Positions 13,150 through 26,523 of a stretch of 64,000 nucleotides of DNA are shown one piece after another. The notes under the pieces were generated by a model. The model did no database searches. It worked only from the letters and a program-made list of their open reading frames with translations, and was not told the DNA's origin. The position numbers were made by a program, and so were the translations under genes. This stretch comes from Octopus sinensis (lineage: Eukaryota): assembly GCF_006345805.1 (NCBI RefSeq), contig NC_042999.1:65038001-65102000 (forward strand). Reading direction: 5' to 3'. The first letter of the stretch is position 1; each line of letters opens with the position of its first letter.

Positions 13150-13370
13150 ACGTAGACGAGGAAAACTTAAACTAATTCTTAATGGTTTCCATACGTTAGT
13201 GACAAGACTGTCCACCACAAGGTCACATATTGCAATGTGACAAGTATTAGACATGTTAAAGTGGAATTTCTACAGACGGAAATGAAATTCAAAGCCAAAG
13301 ATTTGACCAAAACCACGCAGCCGATCGAACAATCAGTGAAGCAGAAAAGGCTGTCACTAAAACGCTGTAA
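13150..13370 (+). pseudogene. Possible FLYWCH/Mutator-type transposase fragment
   Basis: Frameshifted RGKLKLILNGF(P)YVSDKT...QNHAADRTISEAEKAV; recognised by eye only. Confidence 0.35.
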
Positions 13371-13695
13371 ATAGCTGCTAACCTGATGAACAGAAACCAG
13401 GTGTCATCCAATGCATTTATTTATTTAGATAATCAATTTAACACTTTTTGGGCCATACCAAGCCCAAAATATTTCCCCAAATATTCGACCTGTTGTATGT
13501 TCAAACCGACCACATCTGATCTGTCATACCTATCGTACAATGTCATTCTATTATCGAAATCTTGAAGTTATGAGACATAGCAAAGTTATTTAGAAAGAAT
13601 TTAAATAAGTATCATGTTTCACAGAGATATATGAATGCTAAAGTGTGAATCTACCGCATAAAGCCAGTAAACCACGAGAAACTGAGATAAGGTAT

Positions 13696-14091
13696 CTCTT
13701 TTACTTGTTTCAGTCATTTGACTGTGGCCATTCGGGAGCACCTCCTTTAGTCGAGCTAATCGACCCCAGGACTTATTCTTTCTAAGCCTAGTACTTATTC
13801 TATCGGTCTCTTTTGTGGAACCGCTAAGTTTCGGGGACGGAAACACACCGGCATCGTTTGTCAAGCGATGTTGGGAGGACAAACACAGACACACAAACAC
13901 ATACACATACACTCACACATACATATACATATATACGGCGGGCTTCTTTCGGTTTCCGTCTACAAAATCCACTCAAAGGCTTTGGTCGGCCTGAGGCTAT
14001 AGTAGAAGACACTTGCCCAAGGTGCCACGCAGTGGGACTGAACCCGGAACCATGTGGTTGGAAAGCAAGCTTCTTACTACACAGCCACTCC
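13696..14091 (-). mobile_element. SINE family A
   Basis: Full-length reverse-complement copy. Confidence 0.85.
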
Positions 14092-14996
14092 TAAAAACTA
14101 TAATAAACGAAGAAACCAAAAAGTGAAATAATGAAAATGACTGACGAAGTAAGATAAGGAAAAATATTAGAGATATAGAACTGTGAAGAGTTTCGTTTTT
14201 TTAAAATCTTTTTGAAGCCTCCATGAATTTATTGCTGTTGGATCCTTAAAAATCCCTTTTAATGACAGTACCCCACTTTTTCTTTTATTTTGGACCGTTT
14301 TCAAAATGGTTTCCCAAAATTCCTTCCCTAAGAACTTGCTAGTAGTCTTCCTACAAAAAAAAAAAGGTATCTAAAAACTGTTTCATGTCGTTGATCCAAT
14401 GAAAGCCCGAAGATGATAAATATGACAATCTTGTCTTCAACTGATGTTGCACAGGTAGTTCAAAACGTTGCCGGGGCTGTGCGATCAACATGGAAACATC
14501 TGCCTGAAGCATTTAATAAACTGTCTTAAAATTAGCTACGATGTGGATGATGCAAAAATGAGCGTTTACTATAACAAGTTTTGACTATACAGGTACGTGC
14601 ACAAAATGACGCCACGCAAACTTAATCTCATTGAATCTTAGAAAAAAATACATTTAACAAACAAGTTCCCATTCATTATCAATCCTCCATAATTTCGGCT
14701 GTCATCACGTTCTGGGTTCAAATTCCACCGAGGTCGACTTTGCCTTTCATCCTTTCGGGGTCGATAGAATAAGTACCAGTGAAATACTGGGTTCAATGTG
14801 GTCGATTTACCCCTCTCCACAAAATTCAGGCCTTGTTCCTATAGTAGAAAGGAGTATTAATCCTACATAAAGAAACTTGGGGACCTCATTTCCCGCAAAA
14901 CAAAAATAAATCTTGACGGCGAACTATCAGGAAATAGGGATTTTATGCCGGCGAAATTTTTGGTGAACCATGAACAATACATCACTACGCATTGAC

Positions 14997-15207
14997 TACA
15001 AAGGGGCACTGAAAAGCTCCTGGCTTTGGGTTTTAGAAAATACAAGAGGATCAGTTAATTATGAATTTTTTTATTCAACATATTCCCCTCTGAGATTCAT
15101 ATAATCAGTGCAGCATACCTTCAGTTTTTCTAAGCCCTATAAAAGAATTGGGAAGTTTCGGCTTCCAGTCCCTTAAAGCCCAGAACTTTTCTGCCCCACC
15201 TCCCGTA
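14997..15207. mobile_element. Mariner-type MITE
   Basis: Imperfect TIRs TACAAAGGGGCACTGAAAAGCTCCTGGCTTT / AAAGCCCAGAACTTTTCTGCCCCACCTCCCGTA with TA ends. Confidence 0.6.
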
Positions 15208-15298
15208 AACGACTAGAAAGCATTGGTAATTGGGCATCATGCTATTAATGATCAAGTAATTAATTATAAACGATCAGTATCACCTAAATTATGAAGTC

Positions 15299-15393
<95 letters not shown>

Positions 15394-16774
15394 TATAATT
15401 ATACTCATAATTATAAAAAATTTTGTTTAAGTTTACCGATAATGGTTCTTTTTACATCCCGAGCTACTTGGTAAAATTATTAATTATTAATTAATTAATT
15501 AATTAATTAATTTTACCCTTTATTGTATATATATATATATATATACGCATACACACACGCGCATACACACACACACGCGCATGCACACGTTCACACACGC
15601 ATGTAATGTGAAATTATTCCACACAATTTAGGAGCATTTCTGACAATTTCATTGGGATACCAAGATAATGGTAAATTTCCTTACAACAAGGAAGTTCGTG
15701 TTTGTACACGATGGAAATGGCTAATTTGAAATGAATCAGACCAGGTCGAATAACTGGTTTTGGGTGGGCGATCAGCTTTTCCCATTCCATGAAATCCCTT
15801 GTGTTTTCTTCCAATATTTCTTGAATATCTTGCCGTCTTGTTATTATTATTGTTGTTAGGATAATCCTGTCATTATTTTCTGACATGGCGTTCCGCGGAT
15901 TAAATTCTCCAATGTTTCCTTTTAGGTGGCAGATGGCATTTTATAGAAGATTTGACCGATATTGTTCGCAGATCAAGCGACGGCATGGAGGCCTCACCGC
16001 AATGAAATGAAGTGTAAGTCGTGAGAATGTGTGAACATTTCCGACTTCCAGTAAATTTCATAAAATTTTAAGGCTGAGAACAAGTAAACTAGTAGAGTAG
16101 TTCAAAATGTCGAATAGAATGCTTTGAGGTATTCAATCAGACTTTCTGCGTACTGATGCCGAACACTCACGCGGCCAAATTTCCTTCATCCTTTCAAGGT
16201 TGATAAATAAAATGCTAAAAGGAAGCTATAATACACTCTTTTGTGCAACACAAAAAATCGTACATAGACATATCTTTAAAAATCTCTTCTGCGCATGCAG
16301 AATGCTTTCGGACCTCTAAAGTAAAAATCTACCGTATACATGTAATGTTACCCAAGTATATACAATGGCCTCTTTCACAAAATATTCTAATGTTCACAAC
16401 AGCAAAGCATTTGATTTCATTCATTATTACTCATGTATAATCAATATATTCAGCAACCTGTCGAGAAACATTATAAAATGTTGACTAGACAATTAAGTAT
16501 GACGTCGACAAACGTATATAAAGTGCTATGTAGTATGATATCTGAAGTCTGAAATGTTGTACCAGAAGGATTCATTCCCTATCTCTTTCTGTTTAGATTA
16601 TATCTGCACCATTTTCCTACGTCTCGTGGGCACAGTGCAGACACACAGTATTGTTATAAGGTTTGGCAATATGTGGAAGGCTGAGATTACCATAGACATA
16701 TAAGTATTCATGTCCTTCGGGATCGCAAATCAATACCAGAATTTTGTGGTGCGGAGGGGGCTGAGAGGAAGCTG

Positions 16775-17770
16775 TCACAAGCATTAGCACGCCGGGCGAA
16801 GTGCGTAACCGTATTTCGTCTGCCGCTACGTTCTGAATTCAAATTTTGCCGAGGTCGACTTTGCCTTTCATCCTTTAAGGGTCGATTAAATAAGTACCAG
16901 TTACGCACTGGTGTCAATATAATCGACTTAATCCGTTTGTCTATCCTTGTTTGTCCTCGCTGTGTTTAGTCCCTTGTGGGTAGTAAAGAAATGAGTATTT
17001 CGTCTGTCTTTACGTTCTGAGTTCAAATTCTGCCGAGGTCGACTTTGCCTTTCATCTTTACAGGGTTGATAAATTAAGTACCAGTGAAAGACTGGGGCCG
17101 ATGTAATCGACTTATACTCTCCCGCCCAAAATGTCTGCCATTGTGGCAAAATTTGAAACCATTATTCTTATTCTTATAATTCTTAAGTCAGCGAGCTGGC
17201 AGGATCTTTACCTCGCTGGACGAAATGCATAGCGGTATTTCGTCTGTCGCTACGTTCTGAGTTCAAATTACGCCGAGGTCAACTTTGCCTTTCATCCTTT
17301 CGGGGTCGATTAAATAAGTACCAGTTACGCACTGGGGTCGATATAATCGACTTAATTCGTTTGTCTGTCCTTGTGGGTAGTAAAGAAATAGGCATTTCGT
17401 CTGCCGTTAGGTTCTGAGTTCAAATTCCGCCGAGGTTGACTCTGCTTTCATCCTTTCGGGGTTGATAAGTTAAGTACCAGTTACGCACTGGGATCGATGT
17501 AATCAACTACACCCTTCTCCAGAATTTCAGGCCGTGTGTCTTTAGTAGAAAGGATTATTATTTGTTCTTAAGGCGACGAGCTGCCAGAGTCGTTAGCACG
17601 GCGGGCAAAATGCTTAACAGTATTTCGTCCATCATTACATTCTGAGTTCAAATTCCACCGAGGTTGACTTTGCTATTTAAACCTTCCGGTCTCGATGAAA
17701 CACTGGGGTTGATGTAAACCGATTATCACCTTCACCCAGAATTGCAGATCTTGTGCCTATAGCAGAAAGG
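16775..17770 (+). mobile_element. Head-to-tail array of about 5 SINE family B units
   Basis: Repeated CGTTCTGAGTTCAAATT..CCGAGGTCGACTTTGCCTTTCATC..GTCGAT..AAGTACCAG modules. Confidence 0.85.
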
Positions 17771-18111
17771 ATTGTTATTGTTATAAGCACTCTCCCAACA
17801 AGTATAACAACTTCTCCTTTCGACGGGCTTCAACAGTATTCTCAACAATATTATTCCGAGCCAAGTTTTGCTACGTTTCTAAATTAAATACAAAAAAAAA
17901 AAAAAAACGCGCTGTGCATCTGTTACATTTTCTTCGATGTAAATATAGCAGACGAACATAAACACTAAACAACTTCAAGGTACTGATAAGTAATAACTGA
18001 AAGAAAAGGAATCAGTGCATTTAAGGAAATGAAATAAAGATTACCAGTCAGCTTAGAGCATAGAAGAATTGCAGCTTCACACATGCACACACGCGTGAGT
18101 ATATATATATC

Positions 18112-18142
<31 letters not shown>

Positions 18143-18222
18143 TATATATATACTCATGCGTGTGTGCATGTGTGAAGCTGCAATTATGGTTATATAGACA
18201 TGCCTCTCTATATTTATGTACG

Positions 18223-18254
<32 letters not shown>

Positions 18255-18718
18255 CATACATACAAATAAACGCGCACGTACACACACATATACACACACA
18301 CATACATATATATATAATATAAGTGGGTGGGTGAAATTTAATTAACTTTATTGCTGGTGGAACCTGAATTCAACGGCAAATAGATGTTTACGTTTGTAAA
18401 CAAAACGAAACGTGCTAATACAAAGGCCGAAAATAATTGTGAAAATTCTTAAGAGATTATCAGAATATGAATGTATAGATTTTAAAATGCAACGGCCAGT
18501 TCCCCACTCGTAGTTTCTCACGTATTAATATATTTTGTATGAAATCGTGCGTGTGCGTGTGTGTGGTTATTTATATTCACACATACGTAAGCACGCACAC
18601 ACATATATACACACACGCGCGCGGCGCAAACATATATACATACACAATATATATATTGATAATTATCTATATTCATCTCTAAGTATGTAATCGTCTATAT
18701 ATCTACCTTACCATATTT

Positions 18719-18860
<142 letters not shown>

Positions 18861-18989
18861 CTCTCTCTGTCAGTCTATGTATCTATCGATCTATCTATAT
18901 TTCTGTGTCAGTCTATACATGCATACATGCAAATATGCATTATGTACCCACACAGACACGCACACACGCATACACCCATTCTCACGCAC

Positions 18990-19030
<41 letters not shown>

Positions 19031-19145
19031 TAGAGTGGTGACATTTAAAGTGGTTAGGACTATAAATAATTCTAGATAAATATTGTGTTAAAACACCCAT
19101 TTGGGCAACAATCGGCGACAGCTACACACGAGATTCCAACCAACA

Positions 19146-19510
19146 TTCCGGGTTCAGTCCCACTGTGTGGAACCTTAGGCAAGTGCCTTTCTGCTATAGC
19201 CTCGGCCTTACCAAGGCCTTGTTAGTGAATTTGGTAGCCGGAAACTGAAAGAAGCCCGTCGTATATATATATGTGAGTGTATGTGTGTGTCTTTGTGTCT
19301 GTGTTTGTCACCCGACCATCGCTGGACAACCGATGCTGGTGTGTTTACGCCCCCGTAACATAGGGGTTTCAGCAAAAGAGATCGATAGGATAGGTACTAG
19401 GCTTACAAAGAATAAGTCCTGGTATTGACTTGTTCGAGTAAAAACCCTTTTAGGCGGTGCTCCATCATGGTCGCAGTCAAATGCTTGAAACAAGTAAAAG
19501 AAATAAAAGA
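19146..19510 (+). mobile_element. SINE family A, 5'-truncated
   Basis: Starts at the B-box region; a more diverged copy follows at ~19810-20110. Confidence 0.8.
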
Positions 19511-19567
19511 ATATATATGTACATATGCATACATACATACATACATACATACATGCATACATACATG

Positions 19568-19632
<65 letters not shown>

Positions 19633-20234
19633 CGTAAACACAGATCCCAGTGTCCAAGATAAATGCTTCGTACTGAAGTTTAATCCGCAATGGCTGAAAT
19701 GTTGCCTTGGGTTACATTTTACTCTTATTTTGAAGAACGTCCCAGATTATGCGACTTAGTTCTTATAGAAGCCGAATTCTATTATCAATAATGAATGTGT
19801 ATATAGTAGGCGCTGGCAAGGCTGAGTTTCCGGTTCAGTCAAACTGTGTTGCTCTTGGCAAGTTACTTCTGTAACAGCTCCGAGTAGACCAAAACCTTTC
19901 GAGGAGATTTAGTTGACGGGAACTGTATATGAATTTTTTTCACCAATCATTGCTTGATAACTGGTGTTGCTTTCCTTTTCGTACTTTCGCGTATCCTAGC
20001 GGTTCAACAAAGGTGGCTGATAACTTAGAGGTCAAACTTTACAAAAAGTAAAAATAATGGGATTTGATCGTCTAAACCCTTCCAGCATGGCGGTTGTGCA
20101 AATCAGTGCAACAAATATTTTAAACAGTCACATGAAGATATTATGGAAGGAAATATTCTCAGTGATGAAACCTGGAAAAGTAAGAGATCGTGTATACTTT
20201 AAAATGAAAGAGTCTGAAATCAATTGCCACCATA

Positions 20235-21131
20235 CGAGGGTAATTCTAAAAGTAAGGTCTCCAAAGCACTAGGGACGCAGGGAGATTGTACGTGCAGCTA
20301 TTAGTAACACTGGTGGGTTTGTTGTGCATGCGCCTGCCCCCTCCCCAGCACGCGCCTCGCTGCCACGCTCACTCTTGGCTTGGCAGTCGTATCTGCTGGA
20401 GCTCCCGATTGACGCTACCAGCAAATGTGAAGTTCGCGCAGGTCTTCGGTTTTTGATTGCAAAAGGCATTAAACCGATTGAAATTCATCGCTAATTAACA
20501 GAAGTGTACGGCAAATCGTGCATGGTGTCAAAAACATCCGCTGGTGGTGTAGAGAGTTTGCAGCTTGTCGTACTGAAATTCATGATGAAGAAAGAAACGG
20601 GTGACCATCAATTTCCGACGAGACAGTCGCGAAGGATTGAGCAGATGCTGCATGAAAATCAACGCATCATTCTGGATGATCTCCGCATTTTGGTTCCTGA
20701 GGTTTCCCGAAGCACCATTCATAGGTTTTTGCGCGAAAAGTTGCAATATCGTAAGGTGTGCACAAGATGGGTCCCACGAATGCTCACAGAAGACCATAAA
20801 CAGCAACACACCTTATAGTCCGGACTTGTCACCCAGTGACTACCACCTGTTCCCTGAATGGAAAGAACATTTGGCTGGAACGCGCTTCAGCAACGACAAC
20901 GAGGTGAAAGATGAAGTTCAACGCTTCCTCAACGACATGGCGGTGAGCTGGTATGAGAGAGGTACACAAAAACTGCCCCTGCACCTACAAAAATGCATCG
21001 ACCGAAATAGCGATTATATAGACAAAAAAAGATGAACGTTCAGACTTTAAAATGATGTAAACATCATTGACAATAAACGTATCTGTGATTTCTAAGTATT
21101 TTTGGAGACCTTAATTTTGGGAATACCTTCG
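20235..21131 (+). mobile_element. Internally deleted mariner transposon
   Basis: TIRs CGAGGGTAATTCTAAAAGTAAGGTCTCCAAA / TTTGGAGACCTTAATTTTGGGAATACCTTCG; CEVRAGLRFLIAKG, WVPRMLT and PYSPDLSPSDYHLF motifs; EDHKQQ joined directly to HTPYSPDL. Confidence 0.9.
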
Positions 21132-21429
21132 GATTTTCCATTAGTATTCCCTGTTCAATTATCAATATGTACATTAAAAAGGAAATTATTCTTAAAATGA
21201 TTATTTCGAATGTTTACGTTCTGTTTTCTGTAAACGAAAATTAATTAGTAAAATATATAAAGAATTTTTAAATTTTAGAAGTCAGGATGCTCTTTATTTA
21301 AATGGAATAGTTGAGAAAAATGTTTTTTACGAATATTATTATAAGTGGATTCATTTTATGCGATTTCCAATTTAACATCGCTTAGATGTGCTTGTACAGT
21401 GTCCTCTTGAAAATATTGGTCATATCTAA

Positions 21430-21625
21430 GGTGGCGAACTGTCAAATTCGTTAGCTTGCCGAACAAAGCGCTTGGTAGCATTTCTGAGTTCGAATTCCAC
21501 CGAGCTCAGCTTTGCCTTTTATCCTTTCGGAATGGATAAAATAAATACCAGTTGAACACTGGGGGTGATGTAACCGACTTAGCTCCTTCATCAAACTTGC
21601 TGGCCTTGTGCCAAAATTTGAGACT
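21430..21625 (+). mobile_element. SINE family B, diverged
   Basis: Head and Nin/Deu-like domain recognisable; another diverged copy at ~22222-22355. Confidence 0.7.
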
Positions 21626-21654
21626 AATGTTTGTGTGTGTGTGTGGTTGTTTGT

Positions 21655-21935
21655 TTCTTCTCGAGCCACGCTTGGCTCAGAAGGGCCGGCTTCCTGGTTT
21701 TCTTGGCGTATAGGTTCCCCACATGGACGGGGCGTCGGTCAGCCGCAGGTGAGCTGCAAGATGTAGGAGGAAAGAGTGAGAGAAAGTTGTGGCGAAAGAC
21801 TCAGCAGAAGTTCGCCATTACCTTCTGCCGGAGCTGCATGAAGCTTAGGTGTTTCGCTCATAAACACACATCGCTCGATCTGAGATTCGAACCCGCAATC
21901 CCTCGACCGCGAGTCCGCTGCTCTAACCATGTATC
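21655..21935 (-). mobile_element. SINE family C with RTE-like tail
   Basis: Body as at 9690; tail GGCCCTTCTGAGCCAAGCGTGGCTCGAGAAG shared with 63471-63715. Confidence 0.75.
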
Positions 21936-22365
21936 TCCACGTGTGTGTATATACTTATGATTAAATGAGATACATAAATGATATAACCATATCAAAGTAA
22001 ATCACGCCACAATAATTAGACAATAAAGACCAATTCGTTCGGTAATCCATTATGACGACACTGAAGGCATCGATGAAATGAAATTCACTCTTGTTTGGAA
22101 ATCAGCAAATTTAATAGCATCCAAAATATCCAAAAACGAATGAGTGTATGCGTATGTTGATGTATAGACGATGTGAGATAAGCTCCAGCATAATTTTACA
22201 TTTATTATTTCAAAACGTAAGGCTGCTAGCTAGCAGAATCTTCAGCACACCGGGTGAAATGCTTAGCAGCATTTCATCTGTCTCCATGCTCTGAGTTCAA
22301 ATTCCTGCCGAGGTGCACTTTGCTTGTCATCTTTTCAGGGTGGATAGAATAGTACCATAGGCGCA

Positions 22366-22790
22366 GGAGTGGCTGTGTGGTAAATAGTTTGCTTACCAAC
22401 CACATGGTTCCGGGTTGATTCCCACTGCGTGGCCCATTGGGCAGGTGTCCTCTACTATAGCCTTGGGCCGACCAAAGCCTTGTGAGTGGATTTGGTAGAC
22501 GGAAACTGAAAGAATCCCGTAGTATATATATATATGTATGTGTGTGTGTGTGTGTGTGTGCGTGCGTGTATGTGTTTGTGTTTGCATTTGTCTCCCAACA
22601 TTGCTTGACAACAGATGCTGGTGTGTTTACTTATCCGTAATCGGCGGTTCGGCAAAAGAGAATGATAGAATAAGTACTAGGCTTACAAAGCAGAAGTCCT
22701 GGAATCGATTTGTTCGACTAAAGGTGGTGCTCCAGCATGGCAGCAGTCAAATGACTGAAACAAGTAAAAGAATAAAAGAATAAAAGAATA
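22366..22790 (+). mobile_element. SINE family A
   Basis: Full-length copy with GAATAAAA tail repeats. Confidence 0.85.
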
Positions 22791-23294
22791 CCAGTTGAAC
22801 ACTGGGGCAATGTTAACGACCCACCCCAAAATTGCTGGCCTTGTGTCAAAACATCAATCAATACTTTAAAATTATCTTCTGCTTTCGAACTTGGTAATTG
22901 CAAATGGAAAATAAATTAAAATAAATAAATAAATGAATTTGGTCTTGATTTAAAGCATGGGGTTAGTGTTTGGAATTAGATTTAGGATTTACGGCTAGGT
23001 TACCATTTAGAGTCCGAAATGATGTGTTAACAACAAACAAGATGAGGACAAATATCCGACAAATATAAATAATGTAAATAATGTACATAATTCCTCGACT
23101 CTTAAATACAGAACTGTAGTGAAATGATGTTGTTGCATTCATTTTGTGTATAAATAAAATATGAAAATTATGATAATACTGGATTACAAGGTACATATAT
23201 TCACACACATGCGCACGGACACACACATACATTTATATAATGGAACTCTTCAACTCGAAGCAGATAGAGCTATAAATAAAAGCGTATAAACATT

Positions 23295-23670
23295 ATTTTC
23301 TTCTCTAGGCACATAACCCGAAAGTTTTGGGAAAGGAAGCTAGTCGACTAGATCGAACCCAGTATGCGACTGGTACTTAATTGATCGAACCCAAAAGATA
23401 AAAGGCAAAGTGGACCTCGGCGGAATTTGAACTCAAAACATGAAAACAGACGAAACATCTATTTCTTTACTGCCCACAAGGGGCCACACACAGAGGGGAC
23501 AAACAAGGACAGACAAACGGATTAATTCGATTATATCGACGCCAGTACGTAACTGGTACTTATTTAATCAACCCCGAAAGGATGAAAGGCAAAGTCGACC
23601 TCAGCGGAATTTGTACTCAGAACGTACCGGCATTTCGTCCGGCGTGCTAGCATTTCTGCCAGCTCGCCAC
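23295..23670 (-). mobile_element. SINE family B, dimeric
   Basis: Two Nin/Deu-like modules in reverse complement. Confidence 0.8.
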
Positions 23671-23907
23671 CATAAGAGCATATAAATAGTGTAAAAGATG
23701 GCATCAACTATATATATATATATACACAGACATAAGCTCACACACATATGTATACATGCATATGTACATACACACGTGTGCACGGATTAGTGTGTGTATG
23801 TGCAGGTTTCTATATATAGTTGATAAAGGAATGTTTTTATGTAGAAGCAATTTAACCAAATATTAGTCTCAGTAAAAGCATTGAACGAACGTACAAATGG
23901 ATAAATT

Positions 23908-23948
<41 letters not shown>

Positions 23949-23974
23949 TCATCTTTGTATGTATAAAACATACA

Positions 23975-24281
23975 TTTGTATTTACGGAGATGTACTTGCA
24001 TAGCAAGTGATTTGATCTGAGATCGTGTGCTGAAACGAAAACAATTGCAGCGTGGAAGGTGTTTGTAAGCCATTTAAGAAACACAAAAAAGCCGTTCGAT
24101 TCACTTCAACATTTAAGTTTAATTTGTCAAAATATTTTCGTCGCTTTAAGACCGCGACCTGTTCACTGACACGGATTTTTGTCAGTGAACAGGTCGTGGT
24201 CTTAAAGCGACGAAAATATTTTGACAAATTAAACTTAAATGTTGAAGTGAATCGAACGGCTTTTTTGTGTTTCTTAAATGG
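23975..24281. repeat. Repeat end terminating in a 102-bp-arm fold-back palindrome
   Basis: Arms 24070-24171 / 24180-24281, one G-U-compatible mismatch, 8-nt loop; unfolded sister copy in reverse orientation at ~39465-39630. Confidence 0.9.
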
Positions 24282-24419
24282 TTATACATTTGTATATATT
24301 ATGTAAATCTCAGCGTCATTTGAGGACAATGAAATGAATTTCGATATTAAAAAATAAAGTTCATTACCTATGATCAAAATTATGTGATATTGTAAATAAG
24401 CGTTTCCACTGTACACTAT

Positions 24420-25680
24420 CGTCATATAGAATAAAGGGAAGAAGGTTCACGTGACAGACCCTATATGTTAGCCAGTCTTTTCTCGTGTCATAGTTAACGG
24501 ATTTATACAGAAGCGCAAATCTTAGTTTAGCATTCCCCCTTCGCTAATGCAGATGGCTTGTGAATATTGCTATTTTTTTCCAATCAAACTAGCTCCCCGT
24601 TGAGATTTCTATTGTAAAATATATTTTGGTAATCTGAAATGGGAATCAAATTCTTTGCTGTTGTTTTTAAATTAATCCCCCACAAGGAATTATATCTTCT
24701 AGTTCCCAGGATAATCTTAGTTATTCTGAAGTTTTCAAATCATTATATTCCAAATGTGTAATTCTAACGTCTCTCTATCTATATATATATATGTATATTT
24801 GTAGCATACAGGAGTTTCCCTTGAGGTGTTTCCACTGAGTTGCTGATATAAATAATTGTTTCCACTGTAGGCACAGGGCCTGAAATTTTATAGGAGGAGT
24901 TATTCAATTATATAGACCCCCAGTTCTCTGCAGGTACTTATTGTACCGCAAAACATTTTATCTAGAGTGCTAATAATTCTGTCAGTTGCAGCCTTATTTC
25001 CATATTTCTGTATATACTGACCATCTCAAAATCTAACCAGGTAACGTAATTATGCTTCGTTGACGAGGACAACAAGATGCAGTCATGCATTCTTTCCAAC
25101 TGTATCCGTTACATAATCCACTCCTAATCGAGTTTATTTTCTAAAAATTTGGATTAGGAGATATGAGCAGATATTGATTGTATGGACATTTTGAACTTTG
25201 AATTTGCAAACTTATTCTCAATTAATCAAATTTTCTTTGGAGTTCATGGTTTAAAATATTTGAGAATGTACCGTATATATATATATTGAGCCAGCAGAAT
25301 GCTGTCATTGATATTAACTTATTCTTGAGGTAGCGTCGAAGCATTGTGGGTATGAATTTCAAAACTATTATGGAATTTGATGTCAGAGTTAGTGAAGAAG
25401 TCACATTTGGATTTTCAACAGCAAAAATGCTAGTATAGTATTCAGCAGTAAGCTCAGTACAATCCTTGGGTGTCCTCAGTGATCCGATCTTTGTGGGGAT
25501 TGTAAAAAGGGCAAACTGGAGAATGAGGTCTGCTTCAAACGTACATATTTCCAGAACGCTTTGCTATCAGAATTGGTTGCTCTACGTTGTTCAAACTCAA
25601 GCACTGCCTTTCCTGTCATTTGTTTGAGTTGGTTGGATGATCTATTGCGTCTTCTTTTCTCATCTGTTCTTTGCTGTCTG
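24420..25680 (-). pseudogene. Degenerate CR1/L2/Jockey-group LINE ORF2 fragment
   Basis: Minus-strand remnants NSDSKAFWKYVR, KDCTELTAEYYTSIF and VTWLDFEMVS (cf. VIYLDFxKAFD); many stops; left boundary uncertain. Confidence 0.6.
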
Positions 25681-25728
25681 TATTATTTATGTTCAGTATC
25701 ACAACGATCTTTCCTGGCAAGTCGAACT

Positions 25729-25807
<79 letters not shown>

Positions 25808-25848
25808 GATCAATAAATGGTGGGGTTATATATATATATATATATATA

Positions 25849-26080
25849 GTTAATCCAAACATGAAAACACAAAGAGAAAGCACAACAACGCGAGGACGTG
25901 GAACAAGTTATAGTGTCATTGGACGCTCAGGAAAGGTAAGAAAGGAGGATTTAACGCTTCGAGCGGAGCTCTTCGTCAGAAACATAGGGAAAGGAAAGAT
26001 CCAAGGAAGGGAAGACGGAGGAAAAAATCGCCAATGGTACACACGCTGTCACATTTTGTATTAGGATATATATAAGAATT
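25849..26080 (-). mobile_element. Penelope-like pLTR fragment beside (TA)n
   Basis: Contains a minimal HHR-like motif; abuts (TA)n at ~25820-25847. Confidence 0.55.
25950..25982 (-). ncRNA. Minimal hammerhead motif with A15.1-to-G change
   Basis: TTT-CTGACGA-A-GAGC(TCC)GCTC-GAAG-CG-TT-AAA. Confidence 0.55.
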
Positions 26081-26470
26081 GATAAAAAAAAACAAGGCTG
26101 TGTAGATATTAGAACATTTATAGATAGGTCTTACAGCTGTTTCCAGGATATTTATTAATTATATTCCTTCATCGTAGACGGTGTAAGAGAATGGTTAAGC
26201 AATAGTTAGTTTAGATAGGATACAAAATAGGGAGTGAGGTCGAGAAAGAAATAGATGTAAGATATTTTGGGATATTGAAGTTCTAGATCCATTTTTTAGG
26301 CAGAATGGTATATATGTAAGATTCCAATACTTTATGAGTGAGATCCAGCGGTATTGAAATACCTCTTATTCGCAAAATTACTGAACCTGGAATTTAACTA
26401 TGGTCTATCTATAGCACTTATTCAGCATTACCTGACACCGTTGGGTCTCAATGACACCATTACTTCTTAT

Positions 26471-26523
<53 letters not shown>

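Noticed and set aside
16775-17770. Regularly recurring modules resembling a CRISPR array
   Set aside because: Eukaryotic SINE units over 150 bp, no unique spacers, no cas genes
26354-26460. LTPLGLND resembling the C-terminus of a Penelope GIY-YIG endonuclease
   Set aside because: Only 8 residues and no upstream GIY-YIG motifs; no autonomous partner can be claimed
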